64,000 nt of DNA from contig JAUZTB010000065.1 in the NCBI GenBank assembly GCA_034780895.1, positions 16,126,284 through 16,190,283 on the forward strand, in the 5' to 3' direction. A model generated the notes under the pieces. That model saw only the letters and a program-made list of their open reading frames with translations, did not search any database and was not told the origin of the DNA. This stretch comes from Rhynchobatus australiae. Taxonomy: Eukaryota. The translations under genes and the position numbers were made by a program. Positions 25,945 through 38,809 of this stretch are shown one piece after another; the first letter of the stretch is position 1, and every line of letters begins with the position of its first letter.

Positions 25945-26500
25945 GTATCATAGAATTGTAATCACAGAAACAGGCCCTATCGGGCCACCTCGTCCATGAT
26001 GTTGATCTATGTCAATCTCTTTTGCTTGCATTAGTCCCATATCCTTCTACCCCTTTCTTACCCAAGTACCTGTCCAAATGCCTTTTAAACATTGTAATTG
26101 TATTTGCCTCCACTACCTCCTCTGGCAGCTCGTTCCAGATAACCAAAAGCCTTTGTGGGGGAAAAACTCACTTCTCAGATCTCCTTTAAATTTCTCCTCC
26201 CACTTCAAACCTATGCCCTCTGGTTTTAGAATCCCCTATCTGGGAAAAAGATTGACCATTTATGTTAATTTTGCCCCTCAGAACTTTATAAACCTCTACA
26301 AGATCACCCCCTCAGTCTCTTATGTCCATCCACCTGTGTCACCACTTTCAGTAAGCCATGGACTTGCATCCTAAGGTCACTGTGCACATTAACACTCGTT
26401 AAGGTCCCTGCCATTTATGTCCCACTAGAATTCGACTTCCCAAAGTACATTACCTCATACTTATCTGGATTAAGTTTCATCTGGCACCACTCCACCCAAT
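25945..26500 (-). mobile_element. CR1/HER1 LINE 3' end with internal deletions
   Basis: ATCATAGAATT..AGAAACAGGCCC tail, then CCTCCACTACCTCCTCTGGCAGCTCGTTCCAG and TTTATAAACCTCTACAAGATCACCCCTCAGTCT. Confidence 0.8.
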
Positions 26501-29500
26501 TTTATATAAAACCGCACTAAAGGAAGCATTTCAGCAATCCCCAGCTTAAACTTTCTTTGTAACTTTCCAATGGAAAGAGTAACAGTGAATAAAGCACTAA
26601 ACCACATTATATTTAATACCAGTCTTGTACAAACAAACTTCTGATTTAATGTTGGCTTATTCCTAAAGCAAATTTGAGATTTTTCATGAATATCCACACT
26701 TTATAAAAACTCTACTCACCATTACTGAATGCAGTTGTGCTACAGAATATAAAATAGATTAACAATAACCCCTGAAGGCACTTCACTGAAGAAAGTAACT
26801 GGTTTTCCTGAATCCTCTGACTAAAGCTGGTGTACAAATCCACTGGGGCTAGTTAACTACCCAATTCATTTTCAGGTGAAAGTGCCTAGAACTTTAAGAC
26901 AAATATTCATCAAAAAGTACACCCCCCCCCATCCAAATGTTTTCTTTAAAGAAACATAAACACTTTACAATAGCAATCACTGACCCCATCTGATTTTGCT
27001 CCCTTTCCCCATCCAGAAGTTGCAGAGCTAAGTGCAGTACCCAGGTGAGAACAGTTAAAGGTACAGAAAATGAATAAAGTGTGGGCTTAGATGGCAGACT
27101 GCAGGATTTTAGCAGGCCAGTCAAAAATTTAATGATTCAATTTCACAGAGGTTAATTTCACTTGCACGGGTTGCTTGCTGTCCACTCACTCAATTGGACA
27201 CTAGAACGTGGGAATTTCCACATAACTAACAATCCCATAATTATCCTGCTAAACAAATCTCAGATTATTTGATCAGATGGAAAATAAACCAATACTAGCT
27301 CTCATCCATCAAACTCTTCAGCAAGAGAGTCACTGTGCACTCATCTCGAGACTTCCTAGCATGAATAAATGGATTTACAAATTGATGGTGAGAACCACAG
27401 GGAAAAAGAATCATAGTGCCCAGAGAGAAATGGCAAATTACAATAACAAAAAAAATACCCAAGTTAATTATTTTGGCAGGCTTCAATTCAGCTTTTAGTC
27501 ACCATCTACTGTCATGCATATTGTTAATTTGATTAGATCAGTAATTCATAGAAAATGTATAATATCCACAAACTTCATTCACGTCAAAAAAAAGTTTGAG
27601 GAAATAACCGATTGTCAACTTCCCTCTATTAATTCCCAAGGCACTGACTATAATAGTACCCCTTTAGATTGCGGAGTTGTTTTTGTGTAACAGTCCAGTG
27701 GAGAAATCAACATCATGTACAAGTTAATGCTACTTTCATTTAGTTCAAAATATGCAACCTGGAAAGGAAATCAACCAGAGGATAGATGTATATTAAAAAG
27801 AAATGATTGAAAGAGGAAATAAAGAGAAAAGAATATAGGATCTAATAAGGAAAGATGGGTTGATAAGATGACATACAAGGGTTTTTCCATAAACATCCAA
27901 ATTGAAACAGATTTGCTTTTATCTCTTTCAGACAGTGTGATTTTAGTTTCAGCCCATTTCCAGGTTTTCTGTGTATCCAAATCTCAAGGACAAGAACACC
28001 GGTTCAATACATCGTGAATGCCATTTAGGGCACTTGGTTAAAACAAACCAGAATACTGACTGATTTCCCCACCCACTGTTTTTGCTTCAAAATTTTACTG
28101 ACAAAATACTTCCTCACAATTAAGTGCATTCCAAACAGATCAAAGTACAAATGAAAGCAAATCTGAGCAGATCTCAATTTAGGTGCCTCAGATAAGGTGC
28201 CTTATCCAAAGTACAATGCTTTTGCAGTTCAAACTTCATATTGCTTATAGGCTTTGAGCAAGATGACAACTTAACAATTGTCCACCTCTCTGTTCACCAC
28301 AAGCATTGAAGGAGAATACTTTAGTCTCTTTGAGTCAAAAATGTGTACCATGGAGCCTCGGGAGCAGATAGTTTAAATCCACACTTCCAATTATTGCAAA
28401 CCTTTTAAAATGAGAGTGTAATTAACCACTGATTTTAGGCAGCTAGTCACTCAAGGAGGACACAACACTCATAACAGTCCTTTCAGATTTTCTACCAACG
28501 ACTGAAAATCAAAAGTCAGTAAAATGAGAAATAACAGTACAAACTGGAATGAATGATCTGGCTTCAAGGATCAGACTTCCATGGTGGCCTGGAGGAGAAC
28601 AAGCAATCCAGATCTACATCCATATCACAATACTTAGATTATCAAATATCTAATGAATGTCAAAAAAAACATTTTCACACAAAAAAATTAAGCAATACAC
28701 CTTAAAAAGTACTGCAAGTACCAGGCCAAAAACACTTGTTCACATACTTTGTGAAAAGACTAAACTTTTAAATTAGTGATGACAATTTCATTGGAGAAAA
28801 GTATTACATTGTATGTTACAAGGAATGAGATGATACAAGTATTGAACAAAATCTAGTAGATGGTTACTTCAGAATGGAGACTTATGGTCTTGAATATTAT
28901 GGAAGAGAAATGCTGAAATCATGGTTAACCATTTTTTTCCTATAATGGTTGATGTTTTCAAAATAATTTTTTTTTACACCATAGCTTTTATTTTAATCAA
29001 GGCTGAAGGTTTGGGTAACAAATGACGATGATCTGGACATATTGAAATGAGGTAAATGCTAACTAAAAAAGACCGTGGTCACCAACAAACAAAATACAGT
29101 GCAGATCTAAAAGATGTTGAAATGGCAAAAGGATTATATATTTTGTGAAATAAGACTGGGGGGGGGGGGGGAGGGGTGGGGAATGGTTTTAGCTTCAATT
29201 TCCAAAAATCCAATCTCCTTTCCTCAACTCTGCCATAATTTCTTTTCATTACCCTGAATTTTATACACTATAATTTGTAACTGTCTATAAAAAAATTCTT
29301 GAGACGTGGGGGCAGATCGAACAAACACCACAGACCTACAAGTTATTGTTACATGCAACTGGTTTTGTTTTTGAAAACACATTACTTTAAAAGAAACTGA
29401 TATCTCCACAAAAATATCTGTACTGTACAAGACATAGGATGGTTGGCATTATCTGCAAAACATAAACACCACCAAAATCTTCATGACTTTTTGCTTCATG

Positions 29501-32500
29501 AACCAGTATTCACTGAGGCAATTCAAGACTTTTAAGAAAAGTTAACATCCTAATTGTACAAGATCACACTTCAATATTACAATCCTACTTCAGAAACCTT
29601 ACCTGGGTGCAAACACCAATATTGATAAACAGTGTAAACACCTTTGCAGATAGAAAATCCATAGCATCCAATGGTTGATAATCGATTGTCTTGTAAACAC
29701 TGCAGTGCAGGAGTGCTTCCTCCCTCATCCTTTACAAAGCGTTTTAACATAGCAGCCGCAAGTGAAACTCAGACCAGGCGTCTTCTGTTAGTTAACAGTG
29801 CAAGCTTATCAGCTAGTTACTGGGTAATTCTATTCATTTTTAAAATACATAAAAGGTCTCCTAGGTCAAAACACTTGAGTTGAAATCTCACTGTGATGAG
29901 TTGAAAGGCAATACAGGTATGAGTGAGTTTGGGTACCTAAGAAGGACATGCACATCCATGGGGTGTGAAATTGTTACAAGCCATAACGTATCCATCAAAT
30001 AAGGCATCAGTAACATAGTAAAAGTGTATTTTAACCGACTGCTAGCCCTGACGAGATATCAGACGTATTGAACCTTTTCTTCCTCTTCAAATTAAGAACT
30101 GAAATGGCATGCTTTTAAAGCTCCAGGACATGGGGACACTGCCTCATTTCTAGGCAACGTTCGAGAAAAGCAGAATATTTATTTGGGGAGGCATGGAACG
30201 CCTTGTTTTTTTTTGTTTGGTCATGGGCAGCAAGATCGAAACTTATTTTCAAGGATTCACATTCTTCAAATACTTCAGATCTGTCGGATCAAAAATAAAT
30301 CAAAACTTTAAAAAAAACTTTTCAAGCAATTCTGGATCTTCAATTAGAACGGTATCACGACGATCAGCCAGTGGTCAATTCTCAACATTTCGAAATGGGG
30401 AAACTCCCCACCATTTCTTTCTTGCAGGCCACTGTTAGGTCAACGGTGACGCTGACGGTTCCTCCTCAAATAACGGGGGTTTCCAAAACAAAACGCCTCG
30501 CAAATGTACACAAGGGGTCATTTTTTTTTTGCTTCATTCAAACTTACTCCAAGGCAGATTTTTTTTCCTCAAAAGAAAACACATTTTATTGATTTTGGTT
30601 GACAACATAATCAGCTCAACGCACGTGTGTCTGTGAAAGCCAGTATTCAGTTGGTTGAGCCCGAATAGCTTTTCCTTTTGCCCCCAGAAATNNNNTATAA
30701 ACAGCACACAGCAGCAGATCATTTTTCCCCTCAAAACACAGGACCTGGTTTCACATTAGAAGATACAGGAACTTTTTATATATTTTTTCAAGCTGCCATT
30801 CCAGCTCTTTAAAAACAAACAACAGAAATTTCCCCCTGCAAAAGGCCATTTTACTTCACACAAACATCGTCTTCGGCTTGTACTAAATTCCAGCTGGAAG
30901 TCTCCTCCTCAGGTTTGCCATTCAAACATTCTGTCATTTGGATTTTGCAGGAAAGAAATATCAAATTAGACAAAAAAAAACATGCAACAGCAGCTTCTTC
31001 TATATAACTAACAATAATACAGTAATTGTACATATAGCCTCAACAAAAAAAAAATCACTAAAGAAATTCTGTTGGCATGCTACTGAATAACTGGTTCTTA
31101 CTAAGGCACCCAGAAGACCCTAGCTTTCTAAAACAAATGCTTTGATGCAGTTGTCAAAGACATGGTGTAAAAGCTGATATTTTTCTCCAAGATAAAAGTC
31201 CTATGTTAAATAGCCCCCAAGCAAAGCAATCAAATGCAAGTCTGAAGACTTGCCTGAAGTTCAAGATCCTTAGTAACTCTTCTTCATCTTCATTTACAAT
31301 GAAAATCTAACACTGGTTCATTTACACTTTGAAAAATAAAATTAAGACCACTTATTTGTGTGTTGAGGATATCTGCACCAAAATATTGCGTGCCATGGCT
31401 GTCAGGAATTGGAAAAAGAATGACGTGTTGGACTTTAGAAATTTTATAAAGTTTTTATATTAATAGTAGTGTCCAAGACTAACTGGCTCAATCACAGGTA
31501 ATTGAAAACATACCCAATTTGTACTGGTCCTCCAACCAAATCAATGAACTGCAGCAGCACAACAGCTAAAAATTGTGCAGCACGTCTCCAAAAAGTCACA
31601 TGCCTCTGCTTGAACACTACACTCTCAGCATTTGAACAGATGCTACAGTGTGCAGCAGTATCACATGGAGTTGCCTAGTTTATCCAATTTCTGTTAATCG
31701 ATCAGTTGGGGGGTGAAAAAAGTGAAACAACAAAATTATGCAAAGGGAAACAAGGAAAATACTAATAACCATGACTATTCTGAACATTCAGAGTATCTGG
31801 TTACAGTGGCAACAGCCAAGCCTGAAGAATGACTGGCTGGTTCTCTTCACAACTACAGATGAGTGGAAGCAGGCATAGATTAAGCAAGGCCAGGGCAGTG
31901 AGACTAATACCTAACTTTTAAAACTAAGCCTACAATTGGAAGTTTAAAACTAAAGCTTACAATTGGATTATGACTGTCTTTCTGAACTGTTGTAAAAGAC
32001 ATTAGTGTAAGCGTACCTAGGAGATTGCCCAGTAAATTTTCAGGGGGTAGGGGGAAATTAGAGAGCCTTTACTTAAAGCAGGAGCTCTAAGTCATAATAA
32101 AACATGTCCACTTGTTACAATACCAATTTTGAAAAAGCCAACATTAACATACTCTTGACTCTATACTGGGCTTAACTCTATTGTCCAAAGATGTTTAAGT
32201 TATCATTAATGCATCATGACATTGAAGATAATCTATCTTGCAGGACAACTGCATGTTTCGTACACCTGGACCACGAGGCAACTCTCCAACTGTCTAAGAA
32301 ATTGATACATCACAAATTTTAAACTCCCATCCGTTCCCAAAAATTCTATGACTGTGATTAAACCATTCAACCAAAACTACATATAGTGCCATTTTTTTAC
32401 ATTTCACTGCTTAAAGTTATTCAAAATTACAGTGCACACAGACCAGCTTTCGTGAATTAAAAGTCCCATACCAATTTAGACAAGCAAAGCTCTGCAGTTC

Positions 32501-35275
32501 AGACTCACCTTCTTTTCAATTATACATCATTCCTATTCTCCAAAATCCCATATATCATGGTGAAAGTACTCATTTAGTTTTAAGCACTACAAGCCTCACT
32601 AAATTTCAGTTTAAAAAATCTTTTTGTCATCACTCGTGGTAGAATTGTTGCCAATACTCATATGGTTTCACATAAATAGCTTTGCTGATTGGGAGCTACG
32701 ATTAGTAGAGGCTAGTTATAATAAAACAATTCATTGGATCAGTATAGTATAATGCCAAAACTGCTGCATTATGTGCTGGAGATTTCTTAACATATAAAAA
32801 CAATCACAAGCATTTCCATGTGTCCATACACGAGGGGTATGGCATGCAGGAATCATTTTGGAACATATTTTCTTGTATTTTCCCCTCTCACTTGAATGCT
32901 TACATTCAAAGTTCCACAGATCCCAACAGCATTCCACCACTCACTGAAGGGGTGGTTTTTACCATTTCCAACCCTCTACCAGATATCCACAAAAGCACCA
33001 ATTCCCAGTAGGAATTCTTACAGCACAGTGGAAACACAGTGTGCAGCAGCTGAAGGAGATGGTTCACTACGACCTTCTCAATGGCTACCTGGGAGATGTA
33101 ATAAATGGTAGCCTTGCTAGTGATACCCATATCTTTTTTGTTTTACAAAAACTAACTTAATTCTCCTTGGGGAAGAAACCAAAGTTTCAATCGCAGCAGT
33201 TAAGCCTGCACAGGTTACACAAAAGCAAGCAGCAAAACAAAAAGGTGGCCATATCCAATCCCAAAAGCTTGGCAATGGAAATTTAAAAAACTGCATAACC
33301 CAGTAAATTAATTTTTGCAAGCAAGCACTGGTTATCAGTGCTTCTATGTGAAAAAAAAATTAAGGAGCTGAGAAGGGTGCTTTTATCCAATAAATATGGA
33401 AAGACTTAAAAATGTCAAATAAACAGTGCAGTAAACATCTGTGACTGCCTAAGTGATGACTGAACTGCCGAGCATTTACAACCATTTTTTTGATTTATTA
33501 GTCAAATTCCTAGCATTTTGCAATTTATTTATATTATAGTCAGTGTGCACGTGCATACATGTACATATTCTTCTTTTGAAATAATGTTTTTAAATCACAT
33601 ACATCATGCCTGTGTACTTGTTCAAACAGCCTCTCTCATGAGGCCAAGAACACTGCAATGAAATAGTTGCCCACCTTGCAGCAAAGTACTGAATAGCTGT
33701 CACTGCCACATGTGAATGGAAGCATGTGTTTAGTTTGGCAAATTTCATTTGAAATTCATTTCACATCCTCCCAAGTGATAAGCAGCACTGTTTATAGATT
33801 CCAGTGAACAATTTTGTCAGGGAGCTAGCTTCAGTTTTCTTCCCCAGAGTATTGTTGAATTAGATTTGACCAGATCATCTCACAGACTCCCAATTCACAG
33901 AAAAAACAAAATTTATAATACATACTAGGATAGCTATCAAGCTCCCATACTATTAATGCTGCAAACTGCACAATATCTATAAGTGCTAATGCTTTCTGGG
34001 CTGGTAAAATACCTCATCAAATGCTCATGTTTCATATGAGCAACAACTAGGTTTTTGACTGGTGGACAACACAGCCAAGCACATCACAATCTCTGGATTT
34101 CATTTTCCAATGTTATCTTCTGGTTTCTTCTTGCACCCCCATCCTACCAGCTTCCAACAACTGATAAACGAGCCCTCTAAGGAACAAGTACACAGGCATC
34201 TTTTCAGAAAGACTTTTTTTATATCAGAAATTCTGGGTTTATAATCCATCATTACTTTAATACATGGCCCACAACTTCACTTTATTGCCCACTCAGTAGT
34301 TGGAAAGGATTAAGTTGCTCTCTTTGGGTATGTTAAATATTAATAAACAATTTTGCAGCCTTTGGACTGAGATCCAGATGATTAAAAAATTTCTAAATCA
34401 TTAGGCAAAAGCAAAATACAAAGTATTACCTTCCTGGTGTTTCAGAGTTAGTTTGAGGATTAATGGTGCCCAAAACATACTAAGTGCAAAAAAAAAACTG
34501 CCTACAATTATTACAGCACATTACATGTAACAGTTTGCAAGGTGTCTGTACTCCAATATCAGTTACCTCATTTACAAAACCAGAAAATGACTAGATTTTG
34601 AACAATTGTTTTGCCCTTCAATAAAGATCTCATAATAATGTTAAAAAGAGTATGACTCTTTAGGACTCTGTGTTTCCAATATAATCTGCTTGAAGTAGTA
34701 AAGAAACAACCACTGGCCTCTAGCACTGGCAGGTATGCACTACCTTAAACAATGCAGGAAGCATTCAAGCTTTATACAATTCACAACTTATGTTCAAAGA
34801 GAGTGATTGTGTATTTAAATGTAGTACTGGATACTTCTCAAAGAGGTTGAAGTAAAATAGAGTAAAAGAAACTATTTCATTTAAGAATACAGGAGTATTC
34901 TTTTAACTAAAAGAGAAAGGCAAGGTGACAGGGGAAATCAAAAATACTGTGGGCAACCTGGTCCAAAGATATTAGCGACCACATGCCCACTATAGTACAG
35001 TGGCCGAATTTGGTGTAAGGTGAGCACATGCTGAGACGGCGGGCAATAGATTTCACATAACTGTTGTATTTTACTACTAACTGGCTGAAGACCTTGTACC
35101 AGAGACAAGGCTATAAAACCAGTTATTAGTATTTTTTCAGTAGATAGATCCCTTTGTGTACAGTGTGGTTAAAGTGTCTGACAGCTCTTTTGCTTAGTAG
35201 TTTGGTGAATTTTACCCTCTTTGTATCCCATACATATCACAATACACAACCACAGCAGACAGTACAATTTCAATT

Positions 35276-37753
35276 CTAAGCTGCACCACGTACAATTATT
35301 ATAACTAGACAGTCTTCTTCAGATTTGGCCAGGGCTCGAGCAGAGGTTTGCAGATACTGTTGAGAAAAATCACATGGAGGAAAAGCATGGAGCACACCTG
35401 TGTGGTCCTTCTCTTTGCTGCCTCCAACAGGCAGGCTAATGACTCCAGCAGCCTGCTTTTGTTTTAGGTAGGACACCAAGTTCCTCAGTGGTCGCTGTGG
35501 TGAAGTGGCTTGCTCTAAACCAGTGGACATTCCTTCCACATTTTCCATGCTGTTTAAAGCTGGTACGGCCAACAGGACACAATAACCATTAGTGCCTGAT
35601 GCTTTGATGCGTCTCGTTACCTCATCCAATTTAGGCTGATCTAGTCGTAAGCGCTGAGTGATTTTTAACTGTGCTACCTTTCCACCAGTTGAGACGTCCA
35701 CTAACAAATTGGTTGCAACGCTCAGATCACCCTCGAGGAAGTGCATGTTTGTTGAGAAAGAACTATTTTTCAGAACTAGCATTCCATGCCAGGCTACGTT
35801 CAATTTGCGATCATATTCCTGGAAGCTGTCAGATGCTTTGGCATTGAGATCAGATTTTGATTTGCTCCTCAGGGGGCTCATGCACTCTATAGTTCTATGC
35901 TTGCGATCTTTCTCCTTTTCGAGTAAGCTTATGGCTTTGATCTCATGCTTACCACAAGAGATTTTTTCTGTGCTGTTACGTCGGTCTCTACTGGGTGAAT
36001 ATCGCTCATTCTTTGCATCTCGATCAGAGTCACTATGACGCCCGCCATCACGGCTGCTATTACCTGGGCTGCGATCTGGAGAAACACAACGGCGCTTTCT
36101 AGACCTATCATTACTGGGTGAGCAATCAGTAGGGCGCACATCCACAGGCCCTCTCCTTTTCCTTCTTTGGTCCCAATTCTGCAAAATATGTTCGCGGTCA
36201 CGTTCAAGAGACCAGCTATCCCGGACTTCACGATCAAGGTGCTCAAATGGTTCATGGCTACTTCGATTTCTTTCCCGAACAGAAAGAACATGCCAATCAT
36301 TGCCTGGAAAAGGGTCTCTTTCTCGAAAATGCATTGGGGGAGAGTTCCTTTCCCTACCCCTCAGACACTCTGCACCACGAGGAAGAAGGCCATCCCCAAT
36401 CAAATCAAAATGAGGAAGAGGCAAAGCTTGTAGATACTGCTGAGGGTATCGATGCTCTGTGTCAGCAAAGTCAACTCTTAACCGCCGATCTGGTCCACCC
36501 AATGGAAAGCCACGCATCTGAGTGCATGCTGCTTGAGCAGCATCCAAGCTTTCATACTGAATGTAAGCCCAACTGTCTCCCTTTCTATAGTCAATTGACC
36601 TTATGGTACCAAAGCGGTCAAATTCCCTTGCAAGACCAGCTACAGGAACCCAGGCACCTAATCCCCCAACCCACAAGCGTGTAGTGGGAGTTGCTTTCCC
36701 ATAACCGATCTTGATGGGATTTCTCCCAATCACTTTGCCAGACATTGCAATCTTAGCTCTGTGAGCCATGTCCAAGTTTTCAAATTTCAGGAAGCCATAC
36801 GAATTTCCTTGCCCTCGTGGTGGCCTTTTGATATCCACCTCCAATATAACACCAAACCGCTCAAATGCAAGCAAAAGATCATTTTGTGAAACAGAAGGAT
36901 CCAGGTTTCCAATAAACAACGTCCTATTAGCTCGCTTGTCATCTTCAGGCAAGATTTCATCTTCCCTAAATGTAGTCCTCTCTAGAGCATAAGCAGCTCG
37001 ACTCCGACCTTCATAAAAGGCATAATCACGCTCCCTCTCCAAGTCTCTCTGGGGAGGTGGTGGTGGTGGTGGTGGCGGCGGCGGCGCTATCTGACGTCCC
37101 AAAGAACTGCGTTGTTGAGCTCTGTGTTCTCTATAACCAAGCCCTGTTGGAGACAGGGATCTCTGTCTATGACGATTGGCCTGGACACTGGGTGCTGAAT
37201 ACCCATCCAGTTCAGGCGAGTAACTTCTTCCTTTCGGTGGAGGATAAACAGTTTCAATTTTTAGAGGACGATCATGTAGCACCAATCTGCCCTTGGCATG
37301 CCTGGCAGCCTTTGCATCCTCAGAGTGCCTGAAATTCACCAATGCCACTCTTTCATCCCCATCCCTGGATATTTTCACACTAACATCCCCGAACTTCTTA
37401 AATTCATGGAAAAGACCATCCTCAATTGCACCATCACTCAACTGGGAACCCAGATTGCTGATCTTCAAAGTTTTATATTCACCAGGTTGCCTCTCATTCC
37501 TACTAGTCCTTGAGGAAGCAGAAGAAAGACTCAAGTTATTAGCAGTTCGGTTGGGTGCATAAACATCATAATCTCTGTTATTGGTCCTTTTGCCACTGAT
37601 ATTGCGAGTTCTCTTGGCATTGCCATGGGTTTTGTTGTTCCTGTTGATACTGTTATGATTATTCCCTATTTTCCTGGGCTGTTGGTGGTGGCCTCCTCGC
37701 CTTTCTTCCCCTCGTTTACCACCAGCTTTGGGCGACACGTCTTTCTCCTTCAT
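35276..37753 (-). CDS. RBM15: RNA-binding motif protein 15 (SPEN family, m6A writer-complex adaptor), 825 aa, uninterrupted ORF
   Basis: Three RRMs (EYKTLKISNLGSQLSD..FHEFKKFGDVSVKIS; RANRTLFIGNLD..YGFLKF; TTRLWVGGLG..WAYIQY), a poly-Pro tract, an R/S/D-rich linker and a C-terminal SPOC domain (WHGMLVLKNS..LKITQRLRLDQPKLDEV..LRNLVSYLKQKQAAGVISL..LHAFPPCDFS..IIVRG). RRM1 matches RBM15 rather than RBM15B, and the neighbouring KCNC4 fits known synteny. Confidence 0.97.
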   Translation of the reverse strand: MKEKDVSPKAGGKRGEERRGGHHQQPRKIGNNHNSINRNNKTHGNAKRTRNISGKRTNNRDYDVYAPNRTANNLSLSSASSRTSRNERQPGEYKTLKISNLGSQLSDGAIEDGLFHEFKKFGDVSVKISRDGDERVALVNFRHSEDAKAARHAKGRLVLHDRPLKIETVYPPPKGRSYSPELDGYSAPSVQANRHRQRSLSPTGLGYREHRAQQRSSLGRQIAPPPPPPPPPPPQRDLERERDYAFYEGRSRAAYALERTTFREDEILPEDDKRANRTLFIGNLDPSVSQNDLLLAFERFGVILEVDIKRPPRGQGNSYGFLKFENLDMAHRAKIAMSGKVIGRNPIKIGYGKATPTTRLWVGGLGAWVPVAGLAREFDRFGTIRSIDYRKGDSWAYIQYESLDAAQAACTQMRGFPLGGPDRRLRVDFADTEHRYPQQYLQALPLPHFDLIGDGLLPRGAECLRGRERNSPPMHFRERDPFPGNDWHVLSVRERNRSSHEPFEHLDREVRDSWSLERDREHILQNWDQRRKRRGPVDVRPTDCSPSNDRSRKRRCVSPDRSPGNSSRDGGRHSDSDRDAKNERYSPSRDRRNSTEKISCGKHEIKAISLLEKEKDRKHRTIECMSPLRSKSKSDLNAKASDSFQEYDRKLNVAWHGMLVLKNSSFSTNMHFLEGDLSVATNLLVDVSTGGKVAQLKITQRLRLDQPKLDEVTRRIKASGTNGYCVLLAVPALNSMENVEGMSTGLEQATSPQRPLRNLVSYLKQKQAAGVISLPVGGSKEKDHTGVLHAFPPCDFSQQYLQTSARALAKSEEDCLVIIIVRGAA

Positions 37754-38039
37754 ATTCCTTCAGAATTAAATTTTAAATCCAGATTGAACAGGAAACTGAA
37801 GTTAAATCCTCTTGTAAAAGAATAAAATACAAGCAGATTGCGGGGCTTTCGAGCTCCCACTTCTCACGGGCCGTTCGTTCCTCCTTCACTGACGCTATTT
37901 CATGGCCTTGCTCCTTCGGCGAATAGAAACAATCCACGCTTTTAAACCGACACTTTACCTCCTCAAATTTACTGATATGCGGGTGAATGCGCTTCTTCAA
38001 CAATTTCTAATCGATTATTTTGCAATTTTTTTTCCCAGA

Positions 38040-38790
38040 GATTTTCACCGACGCCGCAAAGCCTCTCAGCTCGTGGCCGCCATTTTGTATCAAGTCCCGC
38101 CCCATTCCCCCATACTGATTGGTCTATACCTCAAAATCTCATGTTCTGATTAGTTACAGAGATTGTCACTCAGTTGACACAATGGCGACGCTAAAATCAA
38201 TTTCCTGACTTATTTTTAAAATTCCCTGTATTCGTTGAAAATAAGTGAGTTTATAGAATTAAATTTCATCTAAATTGCTTTCTGATAAAATATCAGAGAT
38301 TCATTGATGTTTTTCAAGCTGCGCTCCTCTGTGATTGGACACAGGGAGGTCTACTCATTGGCCAATCATCCGACCGAATTTTATAAAAGTTTTTTACTGA
38401 TCAAAATGCAAGGAAATTGACTAAATTTGATAATAATCTGCTTATACCTGAGGGAAAGGAATGCATAAAACGCTGTGTAATTCTGGCCAAAAATCTCCTG
38501 TTTCAATTCAAACAGGCGGTCATCTCACCCCGCCCCTTTTCCTTATTCTCATTGGCTCACTGGACGAAGGTGCTGTCCTATTGGCTGCTTCGCACGTCAA
38601 ATAAAAGTGAAGTTGCGCCCCTTGTTTGTTTCATTATGGACATGAAGACTCTTCATCACTTTATCCTTTTCGCCAATAACCTTCCCGGCTGTGAGAGCAG
38701 CTGCAGATTTTGTAGTGTGGCCGTGTACGTGATCTCCCACATTCCCTGTAATGTTCTGTTCAATAATTTCCGGGACCTGTCAGAAGCCTC
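38040..38790. promoter_or_regulatory. RBM15 TATA-less CpG-type promoter (YY1, GC boxes, multiple CCAAT boxes)
   Basis: GGCCGCCATTTTG at 38075-38087 (YY1 consensus, CAAAATGGCGGCC on minus). CCCGCCCC near 38096 and 38529. ATTGG/CCAAT near 38118, 38334, 38357-38366, 38551 and 38580. CACGTCA (CRE-like) near 38593. Local CpG enrichment immediately upstream of the RBM15 ORF. Confidence 0.7.
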
Positions 38791-38809
38791 ACCATCCTTC
38801 TACAATTAT

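Noticed and set aside
35658-37825. Plus-strand and alternative-frame ORFs overlapping RBM15
   Set aside because: Shadow ORFs of the real CDS with no homology evident.
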